A stretch of 64,000 nt of DNA from Chrysomallon squamiferum (Eukaryota; Animalia; Mollusca), in assembly GCA_012295275.1 (NCBI GenBank), contig CM022665.1:36580001-36644000 (forward strand), read 5' to 3'. The position numbers were made by a program, and so were the translations under genes. The notes under the pieces are model-generated. The model saw only the letters and a list, made by a program, of their open reading frames with translations, had not been told where the DNA came from and did not search any database. The first letter of the stretch is position 1. Every line of letters begins with the position of its first letter. Shown here piece after piece: positions 1 to 12,900 of the stretch.

Positions 1-107
1 TTCATTATTTTAATCTTGCTCAGTATAGTTTTAATTTTACATAAATAGTGCATCTGGGAAAAATGGACCTTCAATTGTTGCTACCGCTGTTTTTTTTAAT
101 TTATTTA

Positions 108-110
<3 letters not shown>

Positions 111-158
<48 letters not shown>

Positions 159-222
159 ATTTTATATTTTTGCTGTTGTTGTGTTGTTGTTGCTGCTGCT
201 GTTGTGTGTGTGTGTGTGTGTG
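111..222. repeat. Compound microsatellite (TTA)n, (TTG/CTG)n, (TG)n
   Basis: Directly visible. Confidence 0.95.
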
Positions 223-586
223 TGGAAGTTGTGCATGCTCGCTAAAGCGTATACATCCAAATTTGCTTTCCAACAGTTATTTTTATATCCTGAATAAAGG
301 ATTCCGGGTTACAAAAACTGGACTTCATAGACGAACGAGACAGGTGGCGCTAACTCTATAAGGTTAAAGGTCAGATAACATTTTAGAAATCTGGTGTGGA
401 AAAATAACTTATTGGTGTCAGTTTGCACGTAATTATTGTTAACTTCGTCAATCAGAGAAATAATTATACTGTAATAAAATATAATTATTTAATTAAGTTA
501 ACTAGTTTATTGTCGTAGAATTATGATCATGATTATTATTATGATTATGATTATTAATATTATTATTATTATTATTATTTATTATA

Positions 587-632
<46 letters not shown>

Positions 633-1938
633 GAAATGTCTGAATGCAAATTACAAAATGTCTCTAAAAATGTATAATTTATATATTAGACTCGAACTTG
701 ATTAAATACAGACGTAGATTTTCAGAACAATGTTTTCTGCAATACTAGAAAAAGGCAATACAGAGTGTATTTAGTAAAGGAAGAAGGAAATGAAAAAGAA
801 GGTGAATAAAACAAACAAACAAATAAACAAACACAAGAGAAACGTAATTATGATTCAGTTAAATTATTTAGCTACCGGGAAAAAAAAAAAAAAAATAATT
901 AACAAATGAAATAAATTTATAAGAAAGGTAAATAAATAAATAAATAAATAAAGTTTGCCATGAATTCAATAGCTGGTATTTATTGTACGTATGACAGCAT
1001 AATTAGTAATATACTAAATTCAAAAATTATTTGCTATTAAAAAACGTAACAATAGCAGCAGCAGTATTCATAATCATAATAAACTAAAACAATTTCAATA
1101 ACAACTACAGCAGCAGCAACAAATATCATCATCATTATAATCATTTATTCAATAACAATAATAATAATAATAAATGCAAGCTGTATAATATAAACAGCAT
1201 AATTAAATGATAAATAATATTCTAGGCTAACATTCCACCAATTTATTACACTTTGAAAAATGTAATTAATTATATTTATTGACGTAATGTTCTATCGATA
1301 CATAGTACCTTGAATAAATTAAAAAGTTGACTGTTATTAACTATTTTTTAATAAATTTCTCGAATAATGATGTTCTGCGAAAGAAAAGCACTTGCGTCAC
1401 TCCAGTCTGCTAGTTTTATCGGTTCAGAACATTAAATAAAAAACAATGGATGCACCTTGCAAGAAGAGACTGTGATATTCGATAAACCATTCGTGAAACA
1501 GAGGCTGGATCAGGAAACTAATATCTTAACGTGTTACGCTTACTAACATTCACTGCAGACCACCACCTAAGAAGTAGTGGTGGTAGTCTTCATTGTGGTG
1601 GTGGGGGTGGTGGTTGTAAGTAGTAAAATAACTAGTAATAGAAGTAATAGTTGTAGCAGTTGTAGTAGTAGTGGTGGTATTGCCGATGATGATAATGATG
1701 ATAATAACAGTTTTAGTGTTCGTATTAAACTGTTATTAAAAGCAGTGGTAATAATAATAATAAAATAATAATAATAATAATAACCGATTTTGAAACTGTT
1801 TATATTTATTAATAGCAATACAAAATCTTAAAAATAAGTAAATAAATAAATAAAAATAGTTTGTGAAATGAAAACACCTTAGAAATACTTAATTTTTACT
1901 TAACTGATTTATATTATTAGTGTTACATCATTATTTCG

Positions 1939-1991
<53 letters not shown>

Positions 1992-3403
1992 TGCAACATC
2001 AGCAGCGGCAGCAGCTGTTACACTAGTAGAAGTAGTATCAGTAGCAGCAGCTACCTTCACGTAATTGTAGTAATATTTTATTACTAGTGGTGGTATTTTA
2101 GATGATAAAGATTAATTCAAATCGTAAAATTATATTTTTTTAGAAAGGATTTTTTTCGGTTTGGAAGCGTCACATACATGTCACGTCAGTCAACGAAATA
2201 AACGACGAATATGCAGTGAGAACAGATTTTTCAAACATGGAATACAAAACAAGTCAACTACATCATCATACCCTGCTCAAATATCGTAAAACGACGTGTT
2301 TCCGCAATAGTCGTGTTTCGCTCATTATTCACTGTCAAATTTATTTAGCATTCTTCACCTTTCTACTTCGTGTTTACCGACGACTTGAACCGGCTTCTTT
2401 CGGCATGTTCCGCCCGAGACTCTGCGTCATGTCGGCAAATATTTACCCGTGCCATTTCACTGTCGATTTTATTCAGTGAAAAATTTAGTTTGTCATATTA
2501 AGTGCCTCAAATATTTATATTTTGTTTCTCAGGGTTTATTTAAGTGTCGTTCCTCCGGGTAGAAGTATTATTTTAATTTGTGGACAAAAGAGTAATCACG
2601 AGTACGCGTGGAAAACGGAGCGATGCAAACGAGACAACGGTTCGAGAATATAATGACAGTTTACCTTTGACACCTGTCAATCAAAACTGGTTGTCTATTG
2701 TCACGTTATTATGCGAGGTTTTGTTCGTGATATACGACTACTTGCTAGAGTTATCTGCCTTTAGGTCGTTGCAGACGACTCTATACTTTGTTAAATGAAC
2801 AGGAAATACCGCCAATTCATTGTCGTGGAACTGGATACGACTATCGGTCCGCATACCGTATCAACAATAAGCCTACGTCCAGTTAGTTTACAAGCCACCC
2901 CGATATTCTATCCTATGATATGACACCACATGCTAAAAACGCATTTATCTATTTCATTATCAGCTGTATTTTTAATGGCGGGTGAAGGAGAAAAAAAAAA
3001 AAAAAAAAGAGGGAGAGAGAGAAAAAATCCATTGACGTTTTTATGGACTGATTTTAATGTACTTGTAGTTTAGAATTTAACATACATAACTGGCAATTTC
3101 AGATAACCATACGGCAAATGATATTGGTGAAGTCCATAAAATATCGCAACTCTGACAGTTGTACCTTTAATTTAATGATTTTCACCTTCCCAATACGAAT
3201 CATATACTGTAAATATATCCGCTTATAAACAGGACCCGAAGAAATATGGCTTGTTTCTATTAATGTTAATAAGAAAGCGTTAATAATACAAAGATGAGTC
3301 ATGGCAGTTACTGTTAAACATTATGCAACAAAATATGTCATATACGTTTATTTATTTTTTATTTTTCAAAATGTGTAATTATTTATTTATTTATTTTTTC
3401 CCT

Positions 3404-3434
<31 letters not shown>

Positions 3435-3869
3435 TTTTTTATTTATTTATTATTATTTTTTTCATTTCATATTCTGCTCTATTCTATTCTATTCTGGGAT
3501 TTATTTATTTATTTTAATTTAATTTTAATTTAGCTTAGACATCAGATGAATTGGTATTACCTATGCTGCTACTATTACTACTATTTTGCATTTGTTACCT
3601 AAAAAGATAAGAAACAAAAATAACAGTAAATAACTGAACTATTAATATCTACATCAATTTTTTCAAAACCATCTCTTTGAATTCTGTTTATATTTATTTT
3701 ATTTTTTTTGTTCATGAAAAATGGATAAAAGAGCAACATAAATTTTAAAAAATGTTTATAATTCATAACCAAACAAATAAATACATTCTCGTCTTAATCT
3801 CAATCTCAGTGTTGGAGCTGTGTATTTTGTCTACTTTTTATGTGTTTTCCTTCTCTTATAGTAAAAAAA

Positions 3870-3904
<35 letters not shown>

Positions 3905-4329
3905 AAAATTTCAAATTTTCAAACAGAATAAATCATTTATTTACATTTATTCTCTTTTATTATAAATAAATAAATTAACAAATAATAATTAAAAAAATTA
4001 AAACAGAATAAATCGTTTATTTACTAAACTAATAGACGAAAAGAACAAACCCAAACACAATATTTTGCAACTCGTAGCGAATGCGTTATAAGGAAGAAAT
4101 TACTCGACTTCTTTAGATAGATGTAATTTTATTAAACTGTAAGATTAATTCATATCACATGTTTTTAATTATACTGTCAGTTATTATATTTCATTTTTAA
4201 CTGTCGAGAATTAAATATCTGAGATGAAAAGACCGTGTTACCTACAAGCTTTAATGTACATGTCTTAACCACAACGTATCTCGGATTGGTGTCATCAGTT
4301 CGCCATTAAACTGGAACATTTTTACACTG

Positions 4330-4610
4330 ACGGTAAAATCCGCGCACACATGTCGTGATGGAAGCTGGACAGAAAACCTGCGTGTCCACGAACGCCACAA
4401 AGAGACTGCTGGAGATTAGTTGATGAATTATCCTTGTAGGCATTTCATTACCTTCTGTATAGCGATACGGGCTCTGCCCCGCCCATTCATATAGATAATA
4501 ACCAGGTATGGATGATACCAGTCCCGGGCGATTGAAAATAGGGGCGGGATAACCGGATTCTAACAACTTGGCAGCCGAGACGTGATGGTCACTATGGAAA
4601 CGTCCTATAA
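4330..4610. promoter_or_regulatory. CpG-rich island with two opposed GC boxes and an RFX X-box
   Basis: CCCCGCCC at 4477-4484, GGGGCGGG at ~4541-4548, and GTCACTATGGAAAC at 4588-4601 (fits GTHNYY-AT-RRNAAC). Confidence 0.35.
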
Positions 4611-4727
4611 CAATGTATTGGAGACTATTTCTTTTTTCACCTTATTTTTTTTTTTTTGTTGTTGTTGTTTTGTTTGAGGTGTGTTGTTATTTAGAATCTA
4701 TATAGTTGCTTCTTTAAAATTTTATTA

Positions 4728-4731
4728 TTAA

Positions 4732-4771
<40 letters not shown>

Positions 4772-4936
4772 TATTTTTTTAATATATTTTATGTTTATAT
4801 TCACTTATTTTTTACTTCTATTTATTTATTTTTTATTTTATTTATTTTTATTTTATCATTATCATCATCATCATCATCATCATTATTATTATTATTATTA
4901 TTTATTTTATTTTTATTTTATTTTATTTTATTTTAT

Positions 4937-4982
<46 letters not shown>

Positions 4983-5010
4983 TGTATGTATGTATGTATA
5001 TATGTATATA
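4728..5010. repeat. Compound microsatellite (ATT)n, (ATC)n, (ATTTT)n, (TA)n, (TATG)n
   Basis: Directly visible. Confidence 0.95.
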
Positions 5011-5381
5011 TTACAGTTTAGTTCAAAAGTGTTGTTTGAATTTGTGTTTTCGTTCTTCTTTTCTTATGGGTTGGCCAGATTTTACTTTTGTTGGACTTTG
5101 TGCAATCTGCTTTAATTTTGTTTGAATTTGTATTTCAATTTGTTTAGTTTAGATTATTTTCATTCAGATATAAAAATTAACACAATGTTATATAATCAAA
5201 CAGAGACACACACACACTCATATATATATATATATATTTATTTATTTATTTATATACATGTATGTACATGTCAATGTCTATATACACATACGCACACATA
5301 TATATATATATACATACATACATACATAATGAGTTTCGTATTACTTACTTACTTACTTAATTTACCTTCGTTATATAAACT

Positions 5382-5422
<41 letters not shown>

Positions 5423-6189
5423 CAACCCCAGAGAAGCTCTTGTGGGTTCTTGTGTCTCCAGAATGAATAAAATATTAATATAATGAACAATACATCGCAC
5501 ACGACAGCTGTTCATAACATATCATACAGTGTATTCATATCTAGATCCACGTGATAAATGTAACCCTGTGCACAAATTACTAGAATTAACTACACATGCT
5601 TCTTATAGGCTGTGTAATTAGACAGGAGAGACGAGCTTTGAATGTCGAAAGTTAAGCTCAGCCATATGGCTTACAGTCTGTTTGTAAAGCTCCATTGTTT
5701 AGTTGCTGTATGCCTGTACAAAGGCTAATGTCCGCGATATGTAATATTATAATAATCCTGAGCACTGTTTTAACAGGTTGTGTAATTCGACTTGTAACTG
5801 CAGAATTACTTCCCCTACTTCACATTTCAGGTTAAGTCGGTAAGTAAACGGTTAAAGAAAAAAAAAAAATACTAATGCTCAAATTAAAATAAAATAATGT
5901 AATTTAAATAATAAAAGGAGTGAAAAATAAATAAATAAATAAATAATGAAAACTAATAGTTCTAAAACTGTCCTCTTTAATAGAAGTTTATATTACCACA
6001 AAGTTACTTTAGAAAAAAAAGAAGAAAAAAAAAAAAAAAAAAAAGAACAAGAAAAAACAAACAGGCAACAACCTTTCCACCAAAACAGGCTTACTGTAAA
6101 AAATAATTTACTGTCCTTTAAAAACCCAATATTTTGAAATAAAACAAGAAAATCCCTAAAATTGATTTTGATTGACTAGTACGTAAATG

Positions 6190-6402
6190 AGTGTGTGTGT
6201 GTGTATGTGTGTGTGTGTGTTTGAATGTTTCTATCCGTGACTATGTATGTATGTATGTATGTATGTATGTATGTATGTGTGTATATGTATATATATATAT
6301 ATATATATACAAACATATACATACATACATACATACATGTATGTGTATATATATATACATACACACACATACATACATACATACATACATATGTTTGTGT
6401 GT
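6190..6402. repeat. Compound microsatellite with opposed (TATG)n and (CATA)n arms
   Basis: (ATGT)n at 6243-6278, a (TA)n centre, and (CATA)n at ~6320-6338 and ~6368-6390. Confidence 0.95.
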
Positions 6403-6988
6403 GTTCATGTATATAATATTTTGTAGCATCTTTAACAGCTAAAAATGCATCTCACTGTAATGATATGTATACCGATACGTTCACAAAATGACAAAGCATT
6501 CGCGAAGAAAGAATGGCGCGGGAAATGTCGTGAACAGCTGAATAAATCAGCGCCTGATTATCATAGTTTCAACATGACGACATGTATCTCATAATTATAT
6601 TGACGCTTTTTGTGATCTCTGGAAAGCTTTCTTTATTCACGTCAGCTGAAGGAATCAAGAGAAATTCTTTCTCTCTCCATCATAGTCGGACCACCCTGAA
6701 ACCTCATCATGGCGACGCTATCTCAACAGCCAATCGTTTTTCCCGACACAAATCAACGGTGCTTGATACATGGAAACACTTATGTGAGACCTTTTTGGGA
6801 TTGAACATGTCAAGTAAGAATTGTTATCCAGTTTTCATCGCGGAATAGGATCTGAATAAAAGTTAAGAGTACCAATATTTCAGAGATTAATAATTATCTA
6901 CCCCTGAGGAAGTTCGGAAAGTCAGTAACAGAGAAAAAAGATAACATTTTGAATAAAGGAATGAATGAACGAATGAATGAATGAATTT

Positions 6989-7019
<31 letters not shown>

Positions 7020-7127
7020 ATCATTATCATAATATATACAAACTTTTAAATTTACACTCTGTTTTTGTTATTGTCATTTTTGTTGTTGTTATTATCACTA
7101 TTATTACAATACATTCCTTTTAAATTA

Positions 7128-7196
7128 TCAATCCCTATCTGGGCCTCTGGGGCACCAGAGGCCACCACAAGGCCTGTCAATCATTGCAGTCACGCG
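7128..7196 (-). mobile_element. Possible decayed 3' tail of an RTE-type LINE or a LINE-tailed SINE, with a stem-loop
   Basis: Perfect 9-bp stem GGCCTCTGG/CCAGAGGCC (7142-7150/7155-7163). The minus strand reads R-D-C-N-D-*-Q, then after a 1-nt shift L-V-V-A-S, loosely like the RTE C-terminal DRxxWxxLV motif. Confidence 0.2.
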
Positions 7197-8027
7197 ACTG
7201 TAACGAGAGTATTATATCCATGACGAGATTTCACGCACCAGCGAAAAAAATGATGGTTAATGTTGTTATTTCGATACTTCAATTTTCTGCAACTATATCT
7301 CTCTGCATGTTCTTGTATGAAAAAAAACAAGAGCACGATTTCAATGAGGGTAACGAACCGGTTAGTCTCCCCGAGTCGGCTATAACGCCGCGATGCAGAG
7401 ATAACGTGTTTTAGCTGATGGTATCGCGACTACATGGTTTTGGTTATTTACCAATTTACTATAATTTTACCCGTGTTTGCTTTCTAAACAGGTACACGTT
7501 AGCTGACGTTGTTCACATTATTTCAGATTTATTTGTTGCCGTATATATCAGATTTCTCTTCCTTTCTGGTTGTTCTTTCTTTTCGTTTTTTTTTTTTTTT
7601 TAATATCTTTCTTTCACTTTTGTTTAATTTCTTTCAGTCATTTCATTTCTTTCTTTTTTTTTTTTTTTTTTTTTTAGTTCTAATTTATTGTTAGTTTATT
7701 TTTGTTTCAATTCTTTCTTTCGTTATTTTTCTTTTCTTCTTCTTTTCCGTTTTTTCTTTCTTTCTTTTTTCTCTTTTTTTCTTTCATTATAACCTTCCTT
7801 TCTTCTTTCCATTCCTTCATCTTTGATTTTGTCTTCTTTCTTCTTTCTTTTTTTATAGCCATCTTTTTCTGTTTTTAAATTATTTTGTTTTCTTTTTGTT
7901 TGTTTTTGTTTGTTCAGTTAATATCTTAATTAAAGTTTCTACCCTGTTAAAGAAAAGAAAAAATCAGCCAAAAAAGCAAAACAAAGCGAAAAGTAATACA
8001 TTTTTATAATACTATAAAGATTACTGC

Positions 8028-8061
<34 letters not shown>

Positions 8062-8784
8062 GCAATAACAATTAAACAAAATAATAATAAAGATAAATAA
8101 ATAAATAGTTTAACAAATAAACAAATATATAAAAAAAAGAAACAAAAAAAACAAACTTTTTCCCAGAAACTCCAGAGAATTTTTTTTTATTTTTTTATTT
8201 TTATTTCTTTCTTTATTTATTTAATGGTTTCTTTGTTTTGTTTTTTGCTTTTAAAGTTTTCTTCAGTTTAAAATTCAGGCTGCTTCATGTGATATACTCT
8301 GATAAATATGATTTCCTATTTCTAAAGGTAGATGTAGGAGTTTAAAAATAAACTCTGATGCATTCCTATTGTACACCTGAAAGGTGCGTGAAGAATTCGT
8401 TGTTTACAATGAAAACAGAAAAAATGTAAATATTTATTTAACATCACCGTTAAAAGTTAGGCTTACGCAGATTATTTTTCTCTTACATTTTTAATATTAA
8501 AAAGGTATTTATTTATTTATTTATTTGTTTATTTATTATTGTTGTTGTTGTTATTATTATTATTAAATTATTTTTCTTTTGTTTTTTTATTTATTTATTT
8601 TTTATTTATTTATTTATTTATTTTTACTTTTGTGTGTATGTTCATGTAGGTATGTCTGAATGGATGGAATGTATTTCGTAACGTACATTTTTTAAGAATA
8701 TATATTTATCTGAAAATAGGAAATAATTTTGATGAGTTTTCTTTTTTTAATTTAAATCTTAATTTGTGTATGTGTACAGCTTCC

Positions 8785-8788
<4 letters not shown>

Positions 8789-8865
<77 letters not shown>
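8789..8865. repeat. (AG)n microsatellite
   Basis: Uninterrupted AG run. Confidence 0.98.
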
Positions 8866-8869
<4 letters not shown>

Positions 8870-9689
8870 ACTTGACATCGCATTGTTATGTCCAGGTATA
8901 AAAATGTAGTCGCTTTCTGATGATGATGATAAATTTCTGTCACTGACGAAAAGATAGCTTTTTGAGAAGAAAAATTTTTTACTTCGATAAATTATTTGCA
9001 TTTTGGTTTTCTTTTTACCATTTAGCATTGCAGGATAAAAGAAATAACTGGTTGCTGTCTTAAGAAACGAGTTTTATCCTCTCCAAGTGGAATGGCAAAT
9101 GCTGCTTGGCACAGCCTCGCTGTATTCAGCATTCTGACATCTGCTTGTATGTGCTGCATATTATTTGGTACACTGCAGTATGAAAAGAATCTATACCTAT
9201 ATTTATCTATTCTGTCTATCTGTCTATATTTATATGCTCTGATTCTGCTGATTGTGGAGTACAAATAGGTAACACCATACAATACATTACGTATATCAAA
9301 ACATTTGCTAACACTGAAAACAATTTTACTGTTAAATCATAAAGTCAAAAACGGTAAAAAATGTTTTGCCCGGTTGGTGGTTTTACCGACATGGAAATCG
9401 TAAATTATGCTGCAAGGTCTTTTAATACTGACCGATATCGTTATCTTAACCTTAGGTTACTAGATTTCTATTTTATTGTCGTTTGTACTCTTGTTTTATT
9501 ACGAATAGGGTATTTCAATTTTAATTTCATGGTTTCTTCATACCATTTCGGGCCAAAGAAACCATATCTCATTATTTGATGTAAGTAACCCCAAAATGTT
9601 ATGTCAGATAGCTTGAGGGAAAATATAATGAAATGGATGTTGATGATGGTAATCAAGCGAAGGAAAAGATTTGAAGTGGTCGTTTTGCC

Positions 9690-9915
9690 ATCACAGATTT
9701 TTATGGGCCAATATTGAGCGACCCTCGACACCAAATGCAATATATCTCGTACCTCATAAGCAATATGATTGGATGGCGTCAGAACGTGCAGCTCGTGCTC
9801 GGCTCGCTCAGCTGGAGCAGGCGTCAGACCCAATCAGCTTGCACAGACGATGATGGCGGTCGACTACTTCAGAACTCGGCGGGAAACGACATCATCTGTT
9901 GCCAAGATGCAGACC
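9690..9915. promoter_or_regulatory. CpG-rich island with CCAAT boxes
   Basis: GCCAAT ~9708, GATTGG ~9767, CCAATCAG ~9830, TTTTATGG ~9698 and GCGGGAAA ~9879. Confidence 0.3.
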
Positions 9916-12900
9916 ATCAAAGAAACTTTTTTTCTTCTTTTTTTTTCAAAACTTCTTTTTTAACCTTCTTATACCTTGATAGTATATATATATTTATATA
10001 TTCTGTAGAATACCACACACGCTGAAGTAAGTTGTAGACTGCCTTCATGATTTGCCGAGTAATAGACTCATTCAGCTTTGATCAGCGGTTACGAAGATAT
10101 AGATGGCGACACATTTGATTCTGTCCACCATTACCTGCCAACATGAATCGGTAGATTAGCAACGCTCTGTAAGAAGTTCTGACAAGTGTTCATGCGGCGT
10201 TTTTATATTTTCTTTTTCTTTTTTTTTTTTTCTTTTTTTAACTTGTTTTCTTTCTTTTTTCTTACTATTCTTCACTGTACCCATACTGTCTCCTTCAAAG
10301 AAAGAGGGATAATGTTACATAGTACGTAATGAAAAACAACAAAAACAAACTTACTTGAAAGCAAATTGTTTCCTGACTCGAGCGAAAATGTAATATGTAT
10401 TTTTAGTTAGTTATCATAACATCGTCCTCAGATTTCCTTCCTCTTCTTTAACCTGATCCAATGTTTAAAATATTTGCTTTCTAGGGGAATTAAATAAATA
10501 AATAAAAATGTAAAAACTGAAAAGTAAAATGAAACAAATCATAATAATAATAAAAGCTCTTCTCCGCCCATAATTTTAAACTGCTGTTTTGAAAAGTTTT
10601 TAGTTTCGTTTTCTTTTGGAGTGTTTTTTTCATACTGCTTGTGTATATACTTTGTATAGTATTTATACCAAAAAACTCTCTCTGGATATTAAAAACAAAG
10701 AGACAAATAAAATAATGATGATGATGATGATAATAATAATAATTATGAACAAGTAAATAAATACATAAAACACTTTTAAACAAACATAACTATAATTATC
10801 GTATATTGCAGTATGTGTTACTGCATGTATGTATGTATGTATGCATGTATGTATGTATATATGTACGTATGCATGTATGTATGTATGTATGTATGTATGT
10901 GTATGCATTTATGTATGAATCTGTGTGTATACCTGAATGTATGGATGGATAGATCAAGAGATGAAGGGAGTGATACATTATTTTCACACACGGTTTTATT
11001 AATATTATAATCCATTTAATATTATAATTCACACACATATATGTCGAAACCCTAAGTGCATTTCTCGGTCATTTATTTTACATATATATATAAACGTCAG
11101 TTGTTAAAAACATTCCACAGATATAATATTTACTATATTTTCACAACGGTAAACGTGTGCTGCCGCTGATCTATCGTGGTATATATGTCCATTCAGTCAG
11201 GCAAGTCAGCAACCTCCAGGCAAAACAAGAGCTCAAATATCGAATTCTTCGCGAACTTTCAGAGTCAAGTTTTGGAACCCCACCGTAGTGAAGTATGAAG
11301 GAACACTTCTAACTATGGAAGGAATGGTTTGTTTCTGATTAACCTTATAACCTGAATGGCGACAAGGCCATCTGAGGCCGGTATCAATCTCCTCCAGTAT
11401 GGCTAACATATTGTCGTCAGGAAAATATTACCCAATTCGTCAACACCGTCTGCACATTTTACCGCGCGATCTCTGACCTCGTGATGGTCGTATTAACAAA
11501 CTTTGAATTGTTACTCAGGAAACAAGCTCTCAGTTCTGTTCCAATGCTGTTGTTCTCTGAAAGATTTCGTTTCTGTCCTCGGGCTTGCAAAATATCGGTG
11601 TTAACTGAAGTTTGAGAAAAAACCCTTAAACGCTAACTCCACCCAGGAACCGAGACGGAAGTCATCATTCAGGTGGCTACTGGCTGAGAAAACAATGTCA
11701 TACTATCGTGTTAAGTTGATGATTTTTATTTTTTATTTATTGTTTTGGAAAACTATTTGCGAAACATTTTAGATTGTATTATAATAAAATGAATATGTAC
11801 AGTTGTTACTGCAGACAGTAAAAACGTACGTTTGTCCGTTTCTACCACAATTTACATCCGCATGGAAGTAGGGAAAGTTTAAGATTGTAATGGGTACAAG
11901 GTTTTTAATAATCTTACTATTTCTGTCTGTTGTATTCTTTCATTAGACGAACATTAAAAAAATAGAAGATGTTTGAAATTAAGTTAATGATTATTTTTAT
12001 TTATTTATTACTAAAAGAAATTTGGTATAACATACCATTTTGATATTATAGTTTTTTACTTCTTGCAAATTTCCATTGATGTATAACCAGCTAATATTTA
12101 GTATTGCATCTGGGAAAATTATAATTAACTGTAGGAACCCTCTTTCCGTTTAATTCAAATTATGTTCGTGTATCTAACACTCGAAGACTAAGAGTGTTTG
12201 TTTAACTATATGGTAATGGGTGCCAGGATAAAAAATTAGTAACTGAGAGCAGAAACATCACGGTAATTATAATTTTCAAAACGTAGTATGGTTATGACCT
12301 GCATTGCGATTAGGATCTAGTATGTGGATCCTTCAGTTCAAAGGGCTGAAAGGAGCTTCAGTAATTATCTTGTTATATATTTTGAATATAGCACAACATG
12401 TTCTTCTTTTTCTTCAAAATAACACCCAAAGAGAAAACTTTATTTCAGTATTTATTTATTTATTATCATCTGCATTGTTATTATTATTACCATCATCGTC
12501 GTCGTCATTATTATTATTATTACTGTTGTTGTTTTTGTTTTTGATTTATACAAAATCATGTGCCTTTTGTTGTTTTTTATTTGTTATTTTCTTCTTGTTA
12601 TTATTAATTAATTAATTAATTTATTATTATTATTATTATTATTTATTTATTTTTTGATATAATCTTTACAAAACACCTAAAGTTTGAGAATAAAGAAGGT
12701 ATCCGAGAATCATTTTTTCTGCAGCCCATCAACAGTTTTGTACTTGTTTGTAGAAAAATTCAGAAATTAGATAATCTGTTTAAGGTCAGTGATGACGTCC
12801 CTTTTGTTGCATTAAACTGAGAATGACGCCCTTTTTCTGATGTGTGTTGTCTTTGTGAAATGAAGTCTTGTATAAATACACTTGAAACAATTGTAACGGA

